NCBI GenBank assembly: GCA_900551005.1
Contig: URUL01000001.1
Location: forward strand, 246 to 64,245
DNA: 64,000 nt
Reading direction: 5' to 3'
From: an uncultured Ruminococcus sp.
GTDB lineage: Bacteria; Bacillota; Clostridia; Oscillospirales; CAG-272
Under the pieces are notes generated by a model. That model had not been told where the DNA came from. It did no database searches and worked only from the letters and a program-made list of their open reading frames with translations. Made by a program: the position numbers and the translations under genes. Positions 26,190-35,997 of this stretch are shown here, piece after piece. Position 1 is the stretch's first letter; each line of letters opens with the position of its first letter.

Positions 26190-27263
26190 TTACATATTAT
26201 CGGCAAAAATATCGCGAAGTATTTCATCCCGGCATGATTCAACAGCAGAAAAATCGATATTTTCTCCGTATATCGCCTCAAGCGCCGCATGCGCACGATA
26301 AACGCCCGCGAGATTTTCCTCTGCCGCCTGCATCAGGCAGTCATAGCATCTTCCCGAAAATTTCAGCTTGCGACGCATGGCGGAAAGCTTTCCTTTGTCC
26401 GCAAATCTGAGAACATTTATATTCTTCTCGCTGAGCTTCAGCTTTTCCTCATCGCGGCATATGCAGAAAAGCGTATCCGCTTCCTTTATGTATACTGCCT
26501 CGAGCCTGTCATGGCGAAGCGGAGAGGGGCATTTTATGAGAGCGATGCCCAGACTCTCACAAAGCTCGCAGAAGGTCGTGAGAAAATATCCTCCGAGCCC
26601 GTACTTATCGGAAACGGTATATACCGTCCCCGCCGCTTTTTCCAGTGTTTGCAGATGGACCGCGCCGGACGTGCCGATGGCATCGACATATCGCTCCTCT
26701 GTTCTTCCCGCCTTTCCCGAGGGAAGCTTCATCGCGCGGAGCAGACGGCGTTGTGCTCCTGCCGCTTTCTCAGCGCAGTAAGCCGCCCGCGCGCTTTCCT
26801 CCATCTCGCGGTGCACCTTGCCCGCCGCCGAGAGAAAACGGTATGCCGTGCGGTAAAGCTCGGCATTTTCCGTAGCGAGAGCGATGATCTCATCACGGCG
26901 GCTGCGGAGCGCACAAACGTCAAAAGCGCCGTACAGACTGACTATGACCTCACTTGCTCACGGGTATTTCGGGTCTGTCATATGCGGTGCCGTCCCGTCT
27001 ATCACGGCACACGAAAGCTCCGGTATCACCACACCGTCAAGAGATGCGGTATCCGAAGAGCAATAATAAAGCTCGGCGGAATATCCCCTTCCCTTCGCAT
27101 ACGAGGCTATCTGCTTCATAAGAGTCGATTTTCCGGTACCCGGTCCCCCTTTTATGATGAATATTTTTTCGAGCGAGAGTGGAGAGAAAACGCTTTCGAA
27201 TATGCTGTAAAAACCGTTTTCCGTATTTGCCGCCGCAAAAAATTCAAGTGCTTCGGACTTCAT
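26190..27263 (-). pseudogene. Uncharacterised P-loop NTPase, single frame interrupted by an in-frame TGA at 26958-26960
   Basis: ORFs 26958..27263 and 26190..26816 are in the same frame. The segment between them is open (ASEVIVSLYGAFDVCALRSRRDEIIALATENAELYRTAYRFLSAAGKVHRE). It has Walker A GGPGTGKST. The context of the stop is ...HMTDPKYP-*-ASEVIV. Confidence 0.75.
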
Positions 27264-27420
27264 GCATGCCGCCTTTCCGCCGCTTTTCTCTTCATCTTTT
27301 GCGAAGAAAAATCGGCTTTATGGTTTCTTCCCATCTTATTTTCAATGGCATTGTATGCCGATCCTTTTGCAAATGACAAAGATTTTTTCAAATAAACAAA
27401 ATAAATTTTGAAAAATCATA

Positions 27421-27449
27421 TTGACAGACGCCGATAACTTGTGTATAAT
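27421..27449 (+). promoter_or_regulatory. Sigma-70-type promoter (extended -10) for rpsU
   Basis: TTGACA (27421-27426), a 17-nt spacer ending in TG, then TATAAT (27444-27449). Confidence 0.6.
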
Positions 27450-27508
27450 GATAAACGAGAATTTTTGTTCTGAACGCTTTGTTTTATTTGCGGGGGGAGG
27501 GATTAAGA

Positions 27509-27688
27509 ATGGCTGAGATAAGAGTTAAAGAAAACGAATCGCTTGACAGCGCTCTTCGCAGATTTAAAAGACAGTGCGCTCGTTCTGGCGTTATTGCCGA
27601 AGTAAAGAAGAGAGAGCACTACGAAAAGCCGAGTGTAAAACGCAAGAAAAAATCTGAAGCAGCAAGAAAGCGTAAGTTTAAAAGCTGA
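27509..27688 (+). CDS. rpsU: 30S ribosomal protein S21
   Basis: [56 protein letters not shown] is the canonical S21 sequence. The ATG at 27509 follows GGGGGGAGGG. Confidence 0.95.
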   Translation: MAEIRVKENESLDSALRRFKRQCARSGVIAEVKKREHYEKPSVKRKKKSEAARKRKFKS

Positions 27689-27702
27689 GAGCTGATTGCA
27701 GC

Positions 27703-27741
27703 ACGCCCCGCGAGGCTTATAGCTTTCGCAGGGCGTTTTTC
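27703..27741 (+). terminator. Rho-independent terminator after rpsU
   Basis: ACGCCCCGCGA...TCGCAGGGCGT hairpin with one mismatch, followed by TTTTT. Confidence 0.7.
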
Positions 27742-27763
27742 ATTATCAAAATGTAAAATACGG

Positions 27764-28291
27764 GTGTTTATGCGCGAACTGAAAGAATATATAGAAATAG
27801 GAAAGATCATCAATACCCGCGGGATTCGCGGAGAACTGAAAATAGAGCCTTGGAGCGACAGCCCCGAGGCACTTCGTGCTGTCAGGCGCTTTTATTTCGA
27901 GGATGGAAAAAGCATCGCCATCGTAAGCAGTCGTGTGCTCGGCGGCCGTTTTCTGCTTGCCACTCTCGAAGGGGTATCTACTCCCGAAGCGGCTGAAAAG
28001 CTCAAGGGCAAAGTAATTTCCGCGCGCCGCGATGAGATAAAAAAATCCGCGGACGCCGTTTTCATCTGCGATATGATAGGACTGCCCGTCATAGACTGCG
28101 ATGACGGCACGGTCTACGGCACACTGCGCGAGGTTTCAGAGGGCGTGGCACAGAAGATCTATGTCGTAAAAACAGAAACAGGCGATGTTCTCATTCCCGA
28201 CGTTCCCGAATTTATAAAGAAGATAGATACGGAAAAAGGTATCTTCATCAAGCCCATCTCGGGATTTTTCGATGAAGGGGAGGAAGTATGA
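27764..28291 (+). CDS. rimM: 16S rRNA processing protein RimM
   Basis: IEIGKIINTRGIRGELKIEPWSDSPE (PRC-barrel family N-terminus). It lies directly upstream of and overlapping trmD. The start could be the GTG at 27764 or the ATG at 27770. Confidence 0.9.
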   Translation: MFMRELKEYIEIGKIINTRGIRGELKIEPWSDSPEALRAVRRFYFEDGKSIAIVSSRVLGGRFLLATLEGVSTPEAAEKLKGKVISARRDEIKKSADAVFICDMIGLPVIDCDDGTVYGTLREVSEGVAQKIYVVKTETGDVLIPDVPEFIKKIDTEKGIFIKPISGFFDEGEEV

Positions 28292-28986
28292 TGCGATTTG
28301 ATATCATGACGCTCTTTCCCGAGCTTATAGAGACCGTACTCTCCGAGAGCATTATAGGCAGAGCGCAGAAGGCGGGCATACTCGAGGTGCATGCGCATAA
28401 TATCCGCGATTATTCAAAGGATAAGCACCGCCGCGTAGACGATACGCCCTATGGCGGCGGCAAGGGCATGCTCATGAGCCCCGTGCCGATATACGATTGC
28501 TTCACGGCGATCACGGCGCCCGAGGTAAATAAGGGCGAAAAGCGCCGCGTAATATACATGTCGCCGCAGGGCAAGGTACTCACGCAGGCAAAGGCGGCAG
28601 AGCTCGCGGAAAGCTATGATAATATCGTCATTCTCTGCGGACATTACGAGGGTGTCGACCAGCGGATAATCGACGAGATAATCGATGAGGAAATTTCCAT
28701 CGGTGACTATGTTCTGACAGGCGGAGAGCTTCCCGCCTGCATCCTTGTTGATTGTGTCGGCAGACTTGTCCCCGGAGTTCTCTCCGATGCGGAATGCTAT
28801 GAAAAAGAGAGCTTTTCGGATGGGCTTCTCGAATATCCGCAGTATACGCGCCCGTATGATTTCCGCGGCAGGCTTGTTCCCGACGAGTTGATAAGCGGCC
28901 ATCATGCCAATATCGAAAAATGGCGAAACGAGAAGGCGCTGGAAAAGACCCGCAGAGTCCGTCCCGATCTGCTTGGGGAAAAATAA
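28288..28986 (+). CDS. trmD: tRNA (guanine37-N1)-methyltransferase TrmD
   Basis: MRFDIMTLFPELIE...RDYSKDKHRRVDDTPYGGGKGMLM...LCGHYEGVDQR...GDYVLTGGELPA, the canonical TrmD blocks. Confidence 0.95.
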   Translation: MMRFDIMTLFPELIETVLSESIIGRAQKAGILEVHAHNIRDYSKDKHRRVDDTPYGGGKGMLMSPVPIYDCFTAITAPEVNKGEKRRVIYMSPQGKVLTQAKAAELAESYDNIVILCGHYEGVDQRIIDEIIDEEISIGDYVLTGGELPACILVDCVGRLVPGVLSDAECYEKESFSDGLLEYPQYTRPYDFRGRLVPDELISGHHANIEKWRNEKALEKTRRVRPDLLGEK

Positions 28987-29088
28987 AGGCGGCATCTGCC
29001 TTTTTCCTGTTTTATAAATATGTATAAAACGCAAAAGAGACGGCAATAATCAAGCGATGAATACCTTTTTTTGAAGGAGGCGAAAAAT

Positions 29089-30654
29089 TTGACAAGGACT
29101 TCCGAGAGAAGCGCCGCAAAAACCGTCGGACTCATGATGGCGGTAACGGCAGCATCCAAACTGCTCGGCATGATTCGTCAGATGCTTTTCGGCTCCGTTT
29201 TTGCCGAGAGTATGCAGGCTTCGGCATTTCTTGCCGCCTCCTCCGTTTCTCTCTCTCTCTTTGATATTCTTTTCGCCTCTGCCATAACCGGATGCTTTAT
29301 TCCGATATTCGGAGAAGCCAAGCGGGAGAGCACGGTGCGGGCAGAGAAATTTGCTTCTGCCTTTATCTGTGCGGTCTCACTTGCCATCGTCTGCGTCTCG
29401 GCGCTCGGCATCGTTTTCTCACGGCAGACCATCGCACTGCTCTCTCCTGCGCTGGATGGAGACACTGCTCTCCTTGCCGCAAAGCTCCTGCGCATCATGC
29501 TTCCCTCCGCTCTTTTTGCGGGGCTGGCATATATCTGCGCGGGAATCCTGCAGTCATACGGACTCTTCATCCTGCCGGCGGCGGCTTCCTCCGTTTCAAA
29601 TCTGCTGCTCATCATATGTCTTGCCTTTGTCAGTCACGATGCCGGCGAAAGAAGCATTATTATCCTCTCCGCAGTATATACTTTTTCGTGGGCGGTGCAG
29701 GCGGCAACGCTTGCTATTCCCGCAGTGGCAAAGAAAATACTCCGCTTCCGAAGGCCCGATATGAAGAATGCCGACATGCGTGCGGCGCTGAAAAAAGCAC
29801 CTGCGATCACGGCAGGCTCATGGATACTGCCCTTCAGTCTGCTCGCCGCAACTTTTTTTGCGCCTTTTATTTCCGATGCGGCGATAAGTGCCTATAACTA
29901 TGCGTATAATATCTTCATCATCGTCTCGGGCATACTGACATACGGCGTGTGCAACTATATTTTTCCGAAGCTCTCGGATTTGAACGGAGCGGAAAGCGAA
30001 AATGCCTTCTGCCGACTTATCAGAAGCGGTATCAAGAGCGCCCTTCTCCTCGTTCTGCCGTTTTCGGCGGGGAGTGTCGTACTTGCCCGCAGAATCGTGG
30101 AGCTCATCTATCTGCGCGGAAACTTTTCCTCTGAACTTGCGGCAAACTGCGCATCGCTCTTTGCGGTATTCGCTTTTGCGATGCCCCTCTTCGCGCTGTA
30201 TGAAACGCTGATACGCGCCTTCTATTCCAAAGGGATCGTGCGTCTTCCGGCACTTACCGCGATAGCCTCCGTCGCCGCCTGCATAGCGGCAAACCTTGTA
30301 TTTTCGAAAATAACCGGAAACAATATCGTATCGCTCGCCCTTTCATTTCTCGCGGCACAGCTCGCCGCGGTCTTGATCCTGCTCTTCGGCGGCGCGATAA
30401 AACGGGGCTTTTTTACGCGGCATACGGTGCTTGATCTGGTCAAGGCGACTTTTTCCGCACTGATAAGCGGTACTCTCATGTACTTTCTGAACGCTTTTGC
30501 CGACAAAATCCGGATAAAAAACATATTTTTGAAAAATTTCTTTGCCTGTGCTCTTGTTTTTTTGGCAGGAAGTGTGGTATATTTAATATGTATATATCTT
30601 TTCGGTCTGCTGAAGCCGAAAAGTAAAGGAAATCCCGACGGGAAGGAGGAGTAA
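29089..30654 (+). CDS. murJ: Lipid II flippase MurJ (MviN family)
   Basis: Polytopic membrane protein with the MurJ N-terminus (SAAKTVGLMMAVTAASKLLGMIRQMLFGSVF). Start placed at the TTG at 29089, 8 nt after GAAGGAGG. The ORF-track start at 29071 lies inside the RBS. Confidence 0.85.
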   Translation: MTRTSERSAAKTVGLMMAVTAASKLLGMIRQMLFGSVFAESMQASAFLAASSVSLSLFDILFASAITGCFIPIFGEAKRESTVRAEKFASAFICAVSLAIVCVSALGIVFSRQTIALLSPALDGDTALLAAKLLRIMLPSALFAGLAYICAGILQSYGLFILPAAASSVSNLLLIICLAFVSHDAGERSIIILSAVYTFSWAVQAATLAIPAVAKKILRFRRPDMKNADMRAALKKAPAITAGSWILPFSLLAATFFAPFISDAAISAYNYAYNIFIIVSGILTYGVCNYIFPKLSDLNGAESENAFCRLIRSGIKSALLLVLPFSAGSVVLARRIVELIYLRGNFSSELAANCASLFAVFAFAMPLFALYETLIRAFYSKGIVRLPALTAIASVAACIAANLVFSKITGNNIVSLALSFLAAQLAAVLILLFGGAIKRGFFTRHTVLDLVKATFSALISGTLMYFLNAFADKIRIKNIFLKNFFACALVFLAGSVVYLICIYLFGLLKPKSKGNPDGKEE

Positions 30655-30656
30655 GG

Positions 30657-32567
30657 ATGGCACAACAGGTCAAAAAGAAAAAGGCTGTGCACATAAAGGA
30701 CAGCTTTATCGTGACGTACGCCATGCGATTTGCCTCTTTTCTCTATAGTAAGATTCTGAAAAGCTTCTTTGCTTTTCTGATGACGTCTTATGATGCCTTC
30801 GAGGAAGCCGCAAAAAATTCTTTTGCCGCCTTCGTATACGGGAAGATCGTACAGAAAATTTCCTTACGCCGAGCAAAGCTGAGCGCGGCAAGAGAAATAG
30901 AGAAAAGCGTGCTTCTCGGTTTTTTTTCCAAACTCCGCAATATGTTCCTCTGTTCACCGGTATCCGTATTCGGCGTATTTTCGGTCTCCTTCGGACTTTA
31001 CAGCTCCATTATATATATAATGAAGATATTTGCCTTCAGATATGAACGAAATTTCGCAGACCCTGCGACAAGTGCGGTATTTCTTCTGCTGTCCGTTTGC
31101 TTCTTCTCCTCCAAGCTTTCCGTATCGGAAGCATTTGCCAACAGCAAATTCTTCTCCTTTGTGATACACGATTTTCTCGGTATCCGCAGGACGGATGCGC
31201 GCGCCGAAACCAAAGAGGGGCGCGGTGCGACGAACATCATGTTCATGTTCGGCATGGTGCTGGGACTGCTTACGATAGTCATCCGTCCGCTCCATATCAT
31301 TGCCGCGGCAGCTCTGCTCGCTTTCGCGATATTTGTCATGGCTCATCCCGGGGCAGGTGTGCTTCTCGTATTTTTATTGCTTCCCTTCATGAAGACCATG
31401 GTGCTCGCCGCCAACGTGATACTGATAGCCATATCGTTTTTCGTGAAGCTGATACGCGGCAAGCGCGTGATAAAGTTCTCACCGGCTGATATACCCGTAT
31501 TTATGATAGCGATCTTCTGCATTCTCGGCGGGATAAACTCTGTGGACAGAGCCTCAAGCATCAAGAAAATGCTTTTATACATTTGTTTTATTTCGATGTA
31601 TTTGATCGTAAGAAACCTTATCCGCTCGTCGAAAATGTTCTCACGTGCCATCGCATGCTGTATCGTTTCGCTCGGTATCGTATCCCTTCTCGGCATCGTT
31701 GAATATTTCATCGGAACACCGACGCTCGGCTGGCTCGATACGGGCACATTTGATTATATTCGCGGACGTGCCGTATCCACCTTTGAAAATCCGAACGTCC
31801 TCGGCGAATTTCTGATCTTGACCATACCCCTGGCATTTGCATTCGCGCTCGAAAAGCAGAATGATGAGATCAGCCCGCGCAAGCGCTTTGCTTCGTGCAT
31901 AGCGACGGTACTCGGCTGTGCCTGCCTGATTCTGACGTGGTCACGAGGTGCATGGCTCGGCTTTGCCGTATCGCTTCTCGCCTTTGCCCTGATTGCAAGC
32001 AAAAAGGTTTTTGCGGCGTTGCTCATCGCTTCTCCGCTTGCTTCCCTGCTTGTTTTCGCACGCAACACCGCTATATTTGACAGGCTCACGAACTTCACCG
32101 ATTCATCCACCTCATACAGGCTGAATATATGGAAAGGCTCACTCAGGCTGATACGCGACAATCTTATCTCCGGCATCGGAATCGGTGAGCAGGCATTCTC
32201 CTCGGTCTATCCCGCATATGCCGTCGGCGGTGCGGAAGTTGCCTATCACAGCCACAGTCTCTATCTCCAGCTTACGGCGGAAATGGGCATCTTCGCCTTG
32301 ATATTCTTCGTCATATTCGTGTTCTTCCTCGCATCGCGCTGCTTCTCCTATCTGCAAAACTGTGCGAGCATCAGAGAAAAGCTGGTATGTATAGCACTTT
32401 TCACGGGAATTTTCGCCTTTCTTTTCCAAGGGCTGACGGATTTCGTCTTCTATAACTACAGAGTATTCCTCTATTTCTGGATGATGGTCGGGCTCGCAGT
32501 TTCCTATACGGATTTTTCCTCCGAAAAGAAAAAGGAAGATTTGGAACATTATTTTTCCGAAATATAA
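30657..32567 (+). CDS. O-antigen ligase/polymerase-like (Wzy_C domain) integral membrane protein
   Basis: 636 aa with more than 10 predicted TM segments and the typical TWSRGAWLGF loop motif of the O-antigen ligase family. Confidence 0.75.
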   Translation: MAQQVKKKKAVHIKDSFIVTYAMRFASFLYSKILKSFFAFLMTSYDAFEEAAKNSFAAFVYGKIVQKISLRRAKLSAAREIEKSVLLGFFSKLRNMFLCSPVSVFGVFSVSFGLYSSIIYIMKIFAFRYERNFADPATSAVFLLLSVCFFSSKLSVSEAFANSKFFSFVIHDFLGIRRTDARAETKEGRGATNIMFMFGMVLGLLTIVIRPLHIIAAAALLAFAIFVMAHPGAGVLLVFLLLPFMKTMVLAANVILIAISFFVKLIRGKRVIKFSPADIPVFMIAIFCILGGINSVDRASSIKKMLLYICFISMYLIVRNLIRSSKMFSRAIACCIVSLGIVSLLGIVEYFIGTPTLGWLDTGTFDYIRGRAVSTFENPNVLGEFLILTIPLAFAFALEKQNDEISPRKRFASCIATVLGCACLILTWSRGAWLGFAVSLLAFALIASKKVFAALLIASPLASLLVFARNTAIFDRLTNFTDSSTSYRLNIWKGSLRLIRDNLISGIGIGEQAFSSVYPAYAVGGAEVAYHSHSLYLQLTAEMGIFALIFFVIFVFFLASRCFSYLQNCASIREKLVCIALFTGIFAFLFQGLTDFVFYNYRVFLYFWMMVGLAVSYTDFSSEKKKEDLEHYFSEI

Positions 32568-32606
32568 ATCGGACTGCAATATATTCTGAAAGGACAAGGT
32601 TCAATA

Positions 32607-33110
32607 ATGGACAATAAAAAAGAAAAAGCTCGTTTTGGCTTTGTAGATGCGGTGATCATCATACTCATACTTTCCGTGGCGGCGGCAATAACGTATCTCA
32701 TCCTGCTGCAAAACGGCAATATAAAAACCGCAAATGAGCCGAAAACCGTGGAATACTCCGTCAAGATATCCTCCGTGAAGGAGGAGCATCTTGATGCCCT
32801 CTCCCTCGGAAGCGAGGTATTCAATCCCTCGACGGGAACATACCTCGGCTATATCTCGAATATACAATCGGAGCAAGCAAGATATTTCAAAAATACACCT
32901 GATGAAAACGGGAATATCCCCGTATACACTTACAGTGATATCTATGACGTTTACATTACGGTGATATGCGACGACGCTCAGATTGATGAAACCGGCTTCT
33001 GCAATATAGGAAGCACGAGAATACTCGTGGGCTCGCAGATCTATTTTTCTTCGGGATATCTGAACCGCGTAGGATACTGTACGCGCTTTGAGATAAAGAA
33101 CAACGGTTAA
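32607..33110 (+). CDS. N-terminally anchored membrane protein, DUF4330-like (paralog A)
   Basis: 167 aa. The KARFGFVDAVIIILILSVAAAITYLIL anchor is followed by a beta-rich domain. The DUF4330 assignment is from memory of the (R/K)F..(I/V)D.(I/V)I.L pattern. Confidence 0.7.
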   Translation: MDNKKEKARFGFVDAVIIILILSVAAAITYLILLQNGNIKTANEPKTVEYSVKISSVKEEHLDALSLGSEVFNPSTGTYLGYISNIQSEQARYFKNTPDENGNIPVYTYSDIYDVYITVICDDAQIDETGFCNIGSTRILVGSQIYFSSGYLNRVGYCTRFEIKNNG

Positions 33111-33129
33111 AGGAGAGGAGGAACGCAAC

Positions 33130-33624
33130 GTGAATGATCGCAAAACCAAGGTAAGATTCAACGTCTTTGATGTGATCATATGTCTTGCCGCCATAGCATG
33201 TATCGCTGCCGTCATACTCAAGGTCACCTACTTTGATAAGCGTGCGGAAGCAAGCGAACAGATAACGGTGAATTTCACCGTATATGACATCATGGATAAT
33301 ACGGCAAAAAGCGCAAGCAAGGGAAATGTATACCTCGCATCAGATGACACTCTCATAGGCGAGATTCTCTCCGCCGAGGTGGAACCCAATAAAATATACG
33401 TGGAGAACGAGGGAATGGCAACCGAAGCGGACAATCCCCTTGGCAAGAAGAATCTGCGCGGAAAGATAAAATTCACCGGCGTTTCTTCGGAAACCGGATT
33501 TTTCGTCGACGGCAAAACGAAAATTTCCGTCGGCTCTACCCTCTCGGTCTATATACTGAATCCGATGACAGGTGACGGCGCGGCTGTGGAGATCACCATC
33601 GACTCCATAGAAGCAAACGCCTGA
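33130..33624 (+). CDS. N-terminally anchored membrane protein, DUF4330-like (paralog B)
   Basis: 164 aa. GTG start after AGGAGAGGAGG. It has a KVRFNVFDVIICLAAIACIAAVIL anchor and the same architecture as the preceding gene. Confidence 0.7.
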   Translation: MNDRKTKVRFNVFDVIICLAAIACIAAVILKVTYFDKRAEASEQITVNFTVYDIMDNTAKSASKGNVYLASDDTLIGEILSAEVEPNKIYVENEGMATEADNPLGKKNLRGKIKFTGVSSETGFFVDGKTKISVGSTLSVYILNPMTGDGAAVEITIDSIEANA

Positions 33625-33681
33625 TACAGAAACAAAATTGCAAATTTTATTATTTTCGACAAGAAAATTTGCTCAAAACTA

Positions 33682-33710
33682 TTGATTTTATGCAAAAAAT
33701 TTGATATAAT
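33682..33710 (+). promoter_or_regulatory. Sigma-70-type promoter for ptsH
   Basis: TTGATT (33682-33687), a 17-nt spacer, then TATAAT (33705-33710). Confidence 0.5.
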
Positions 33711-33775
33711 ATCAGATAATCCAAGGAATTGATTCCATATTTTCTCATATTCCCTATAAAACACAGGAGCAGCAC

Positions 33776-34033
33776 ATGATATCAAGAGAAGTAGTCGTAA
33801 AAAGTAGCGTGGGTCTTCATGCAAGACCTGCAATGTTTTTCATTCAGAAAGCAAATTCGTATAAAAGCTCTATATGGATCCAGGACGGAGACAAGCGTTC
33901 CAGCGCCAAAAGTCTTTTGGGTGTGCTCGCCATGGCTATTTCCGGAGACGCCACGATAACTCTTATCGCCGACGGTCCCGATGAAGCAGAAGCGCTCGAC
34001 GGTCTGGAGGAGATACTCCGCACGACCGAGTGA
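33776..34033 (+). CDS. ptsH: Phosphocarrier protein HPr
   Basis: 85 aa with the active-site His in VGLHARPA and the regulatory Ser in SAKSLLGVL. Confidence 0.9.
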   Translation: MISREVVVKSSVGLHARPAMFFIQKANSYKSSIWIQDGDKRSSAKSLLGVLAMAISGDATITLIADGPDEAEALDGLEEILRTTE

Positions 34034-34227
34034 GCCGAAGCGACAATGCAATAAATGAGGCGGTAGAAGGCTCGCAAGGGACCATCTGCCGTTTTTTTAT
34101 CGATAGTTCACCTATATAAAAGAAAGCATTTTTCCGAAAGGAGGAATATACCACGGTACGCGCCGAATATGCAAAAAGACTGCGGGAAAAAGCCGGAAAT
34201 CTGCCGCTTTGTCCCGGCGTATATATC

Positions 34228-35997
34228 ATGAAAAATTCCTCCGGCAAGGTCATATACGTCGGCAAGAGCCGTGCGCTCAAAAACAGAGTCTCGCAATATT
34301 TTCATGAAAATGACTTCAAAAACAGCAAGACAGATGCGATGACTTACCATGTCTACGACTTCGACTATATCATCTGTGAAACGGAAATAGAAGCACTCAC
34401 GCTGGAAAACAGCCTGATAAAGCTCTATCGCCCGAGATATAATATTCTCCTGAAAGATGACAAATCCTATCCGTATCTGGTGGCGACGCTCGGGGAAGAA
34501 TATCCGCGGCTCATCATGTCGCGCAAGCGCGAAGCGGGCAAGAACAGATATTACGGTCCGTATTCGGGCGCGGGGACGGTTTATTCCGTCATTTCGGCGC
34601 TCGGAAAGACCTTCGGACTTCCCTCCTGTGAGAAGCATTTTCCGCGTGATAAGGGCAAGGTCAAGCATTGTCTCTATCGTCGCATGGGATGTATCGCCCC
34701 GTGCGATGAAAATATAACGGCTGAAGAATACCGTGCCCGCTTTCTCGAGGCGATATCCTTCCTCGACGGCAAGGAGGACGATATCATCTCCGCCCTTACC
34801 GAAAAAATGAACTACGCCGCGGAGAACCTGATGTTTGAGGCAGCGGCGGGCTATCGCGACAGAATAAACGCAGTAAAACGCCTGAGCGAAAAACAGCGTG
34901 TCATCTGCTCTCCCGATATCGACCGCGACATCATCGGCTGGTATGCCGGCGAGGATATATGCTCCATATGCGTTTTCTATGTGCGCTCGGGAAAGCTGAT
35001 AGATTCGCAGAGCTTTCTCTTCTCCGGAGGAGAAATATTCGACGATGCCGCGATATGCTCTTTTATCTATGAGCTGTATAATACGCGCGACTATATCCCG
35101 CGCGAGATAACGCTTGCCGATGAAATTTCGGAGGAGGAGCGGCAGACAGCCGAGGAATGGCTCCGCAAAAGATCAGGCTCGGCAGTCAGGCTGAGAATCT
35201 CCCGCCGCGGAGAGCTTCATAAATTCTGCCTGACAGTGAAGCAGAATGCGCAGACGCGCGCCAACGAATACAGAAGAAGCAGTGAACAGACAGAAAAATC
35301 GCTCGCACGCCTTGCCTCTCTCTGCGCGCTCGAGGTCCTGCCCGAGCGGATAGAGGCTTTTGACATATCAAACTACGGAAACGAAAACATCACCGCGGGC
35401 ATGGTCGTTTTTGAAAATGCCAAGCCGAAGAAAAGCGACTACAGGCTCTATAAAATACGGTCTACCGAGGGGCAGGACGACTACGGCGCCATGCGGGAAG
35501 CGGTCTCGCGCAGGCTGGCGCACATTTCGGATGAAGGCGCAAAAGTGCCCGATCTCATTCTGCTCGACGGCGGTAAAAATCACGTTTTGGTGATACAGGC
35601 ACTCATGCATGAGCTCGGTATAAAAATTCCCGTGCTCGGCATGGTAAAGGACGACCATCACAAGACGCGTGCACTCGTCAGCGAATATGGCGAGGTCTCC
35701 ATTGCCGCCGAACAGGCGGTTTTCATGCTGATCTATAAGATTCAGGAGGAGGTCCACCGCTTCACCGTCTCAAGCATGACAAGAGCAAAGCGAAAAAAAG
35801 AAACGACCTCTCTTCTCGAGAAGATAGACGGCATCGGTTCGGCGAAGGCGAAGGCACTGCTCACGCACTTCGGAGGACTCGCGGGCGTAAAGAAAGCAAG
35901 TGCCGACGATCTCGCTTCCGTCAAGGGTATAACCCCCGTATTAGCGGAAAGGATCATCGGATATTTCGAAAAAAGCAACGAAAGGAAAAACAAATGA
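34228..35997 (+). CDS. uvrC: Excinuclease ABC subunit C (coordinates from the first ATG; the homologous frame extends upstream to 34120)
   Basis: It has GIY-YIG (..PGVYIM..GKVIYVGKS..LKNRVSQYF), a UVR domain, the RNase H-like endonuclease domain and a C-terminal (HhH)2 (IDGIGSAKAKALLTHFG). The GVY part of GIY-YIG lies upstream of the first ATG, in frame, with no ATG, GTG or TTG available (see findings). Confidence 0.88.
   Translation: MKNSSGKVIYVGKSRALKNRVSQYFHENDFKNSKTDAMTYHVYDFDYIICETEIEALTLENSLIKLYRPRYNILLKDDKSYPYLVATLGEEYPRLIMSRKREAGKNRYYGPYSGAGTVYSVISALGKTFGLPSCEKHFPRDKGKVKHCLYRRMGCIAPCDENITAEEYRARFLEAISFLDGKEDDIISALTEKMNYAAENLMFEAAAGYRDRINAVKRLSEKQRVICSPDIDRDIIGWYAGEDICSICVFYVRSGKLIDSQSFLFSGGEIFDDAAICSFIYELYNTRDYIPREITLADEISEEERQTAEEWLRKRSGSAVRLRISRRGELHKFCLTVKQNAQTRANEYRRSSEQTEKSLARLASLCALEVLPERIEAFDISNYGNENITAGMVVFENAKPKKSDYRLYKIRSTEGQDDYGAMREAVSRRLAHISDEGAKVPDLILLDGGKNHVLVIQALMHELGIKIPVLGMVKDDHHKTRALVSEYGEVSIAAEQAVFMLIYKIQEEVHRFTVSSMTRAKRKKETTSLLEKIDGIGSAKAKALLTHFGGLAGVKKASADDLASVKGITPVLAERIIGYFEKSNERKNK

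Noticed and set aside
26958-26960. The TGA in the P-loop ATPase read as selenocysteine
   Set aside because: I could not identify a SECIS-like stem-loop immediately downstream on the minus strand. The context (DPKYP-x-ASE) is not a redox motif, and no selenoprotein family of this type is known to me. A point substitution from GGA is more parsimonious.
24811-27395. Plus-strand ORFs of 404 aa (24811..26025) and 368 aa (26289..27395)
   Set aside because: They are antisense to the PrsA-like lipoprotein and the P-loop ATPase. Their translations are low-complexity and lack motifs.
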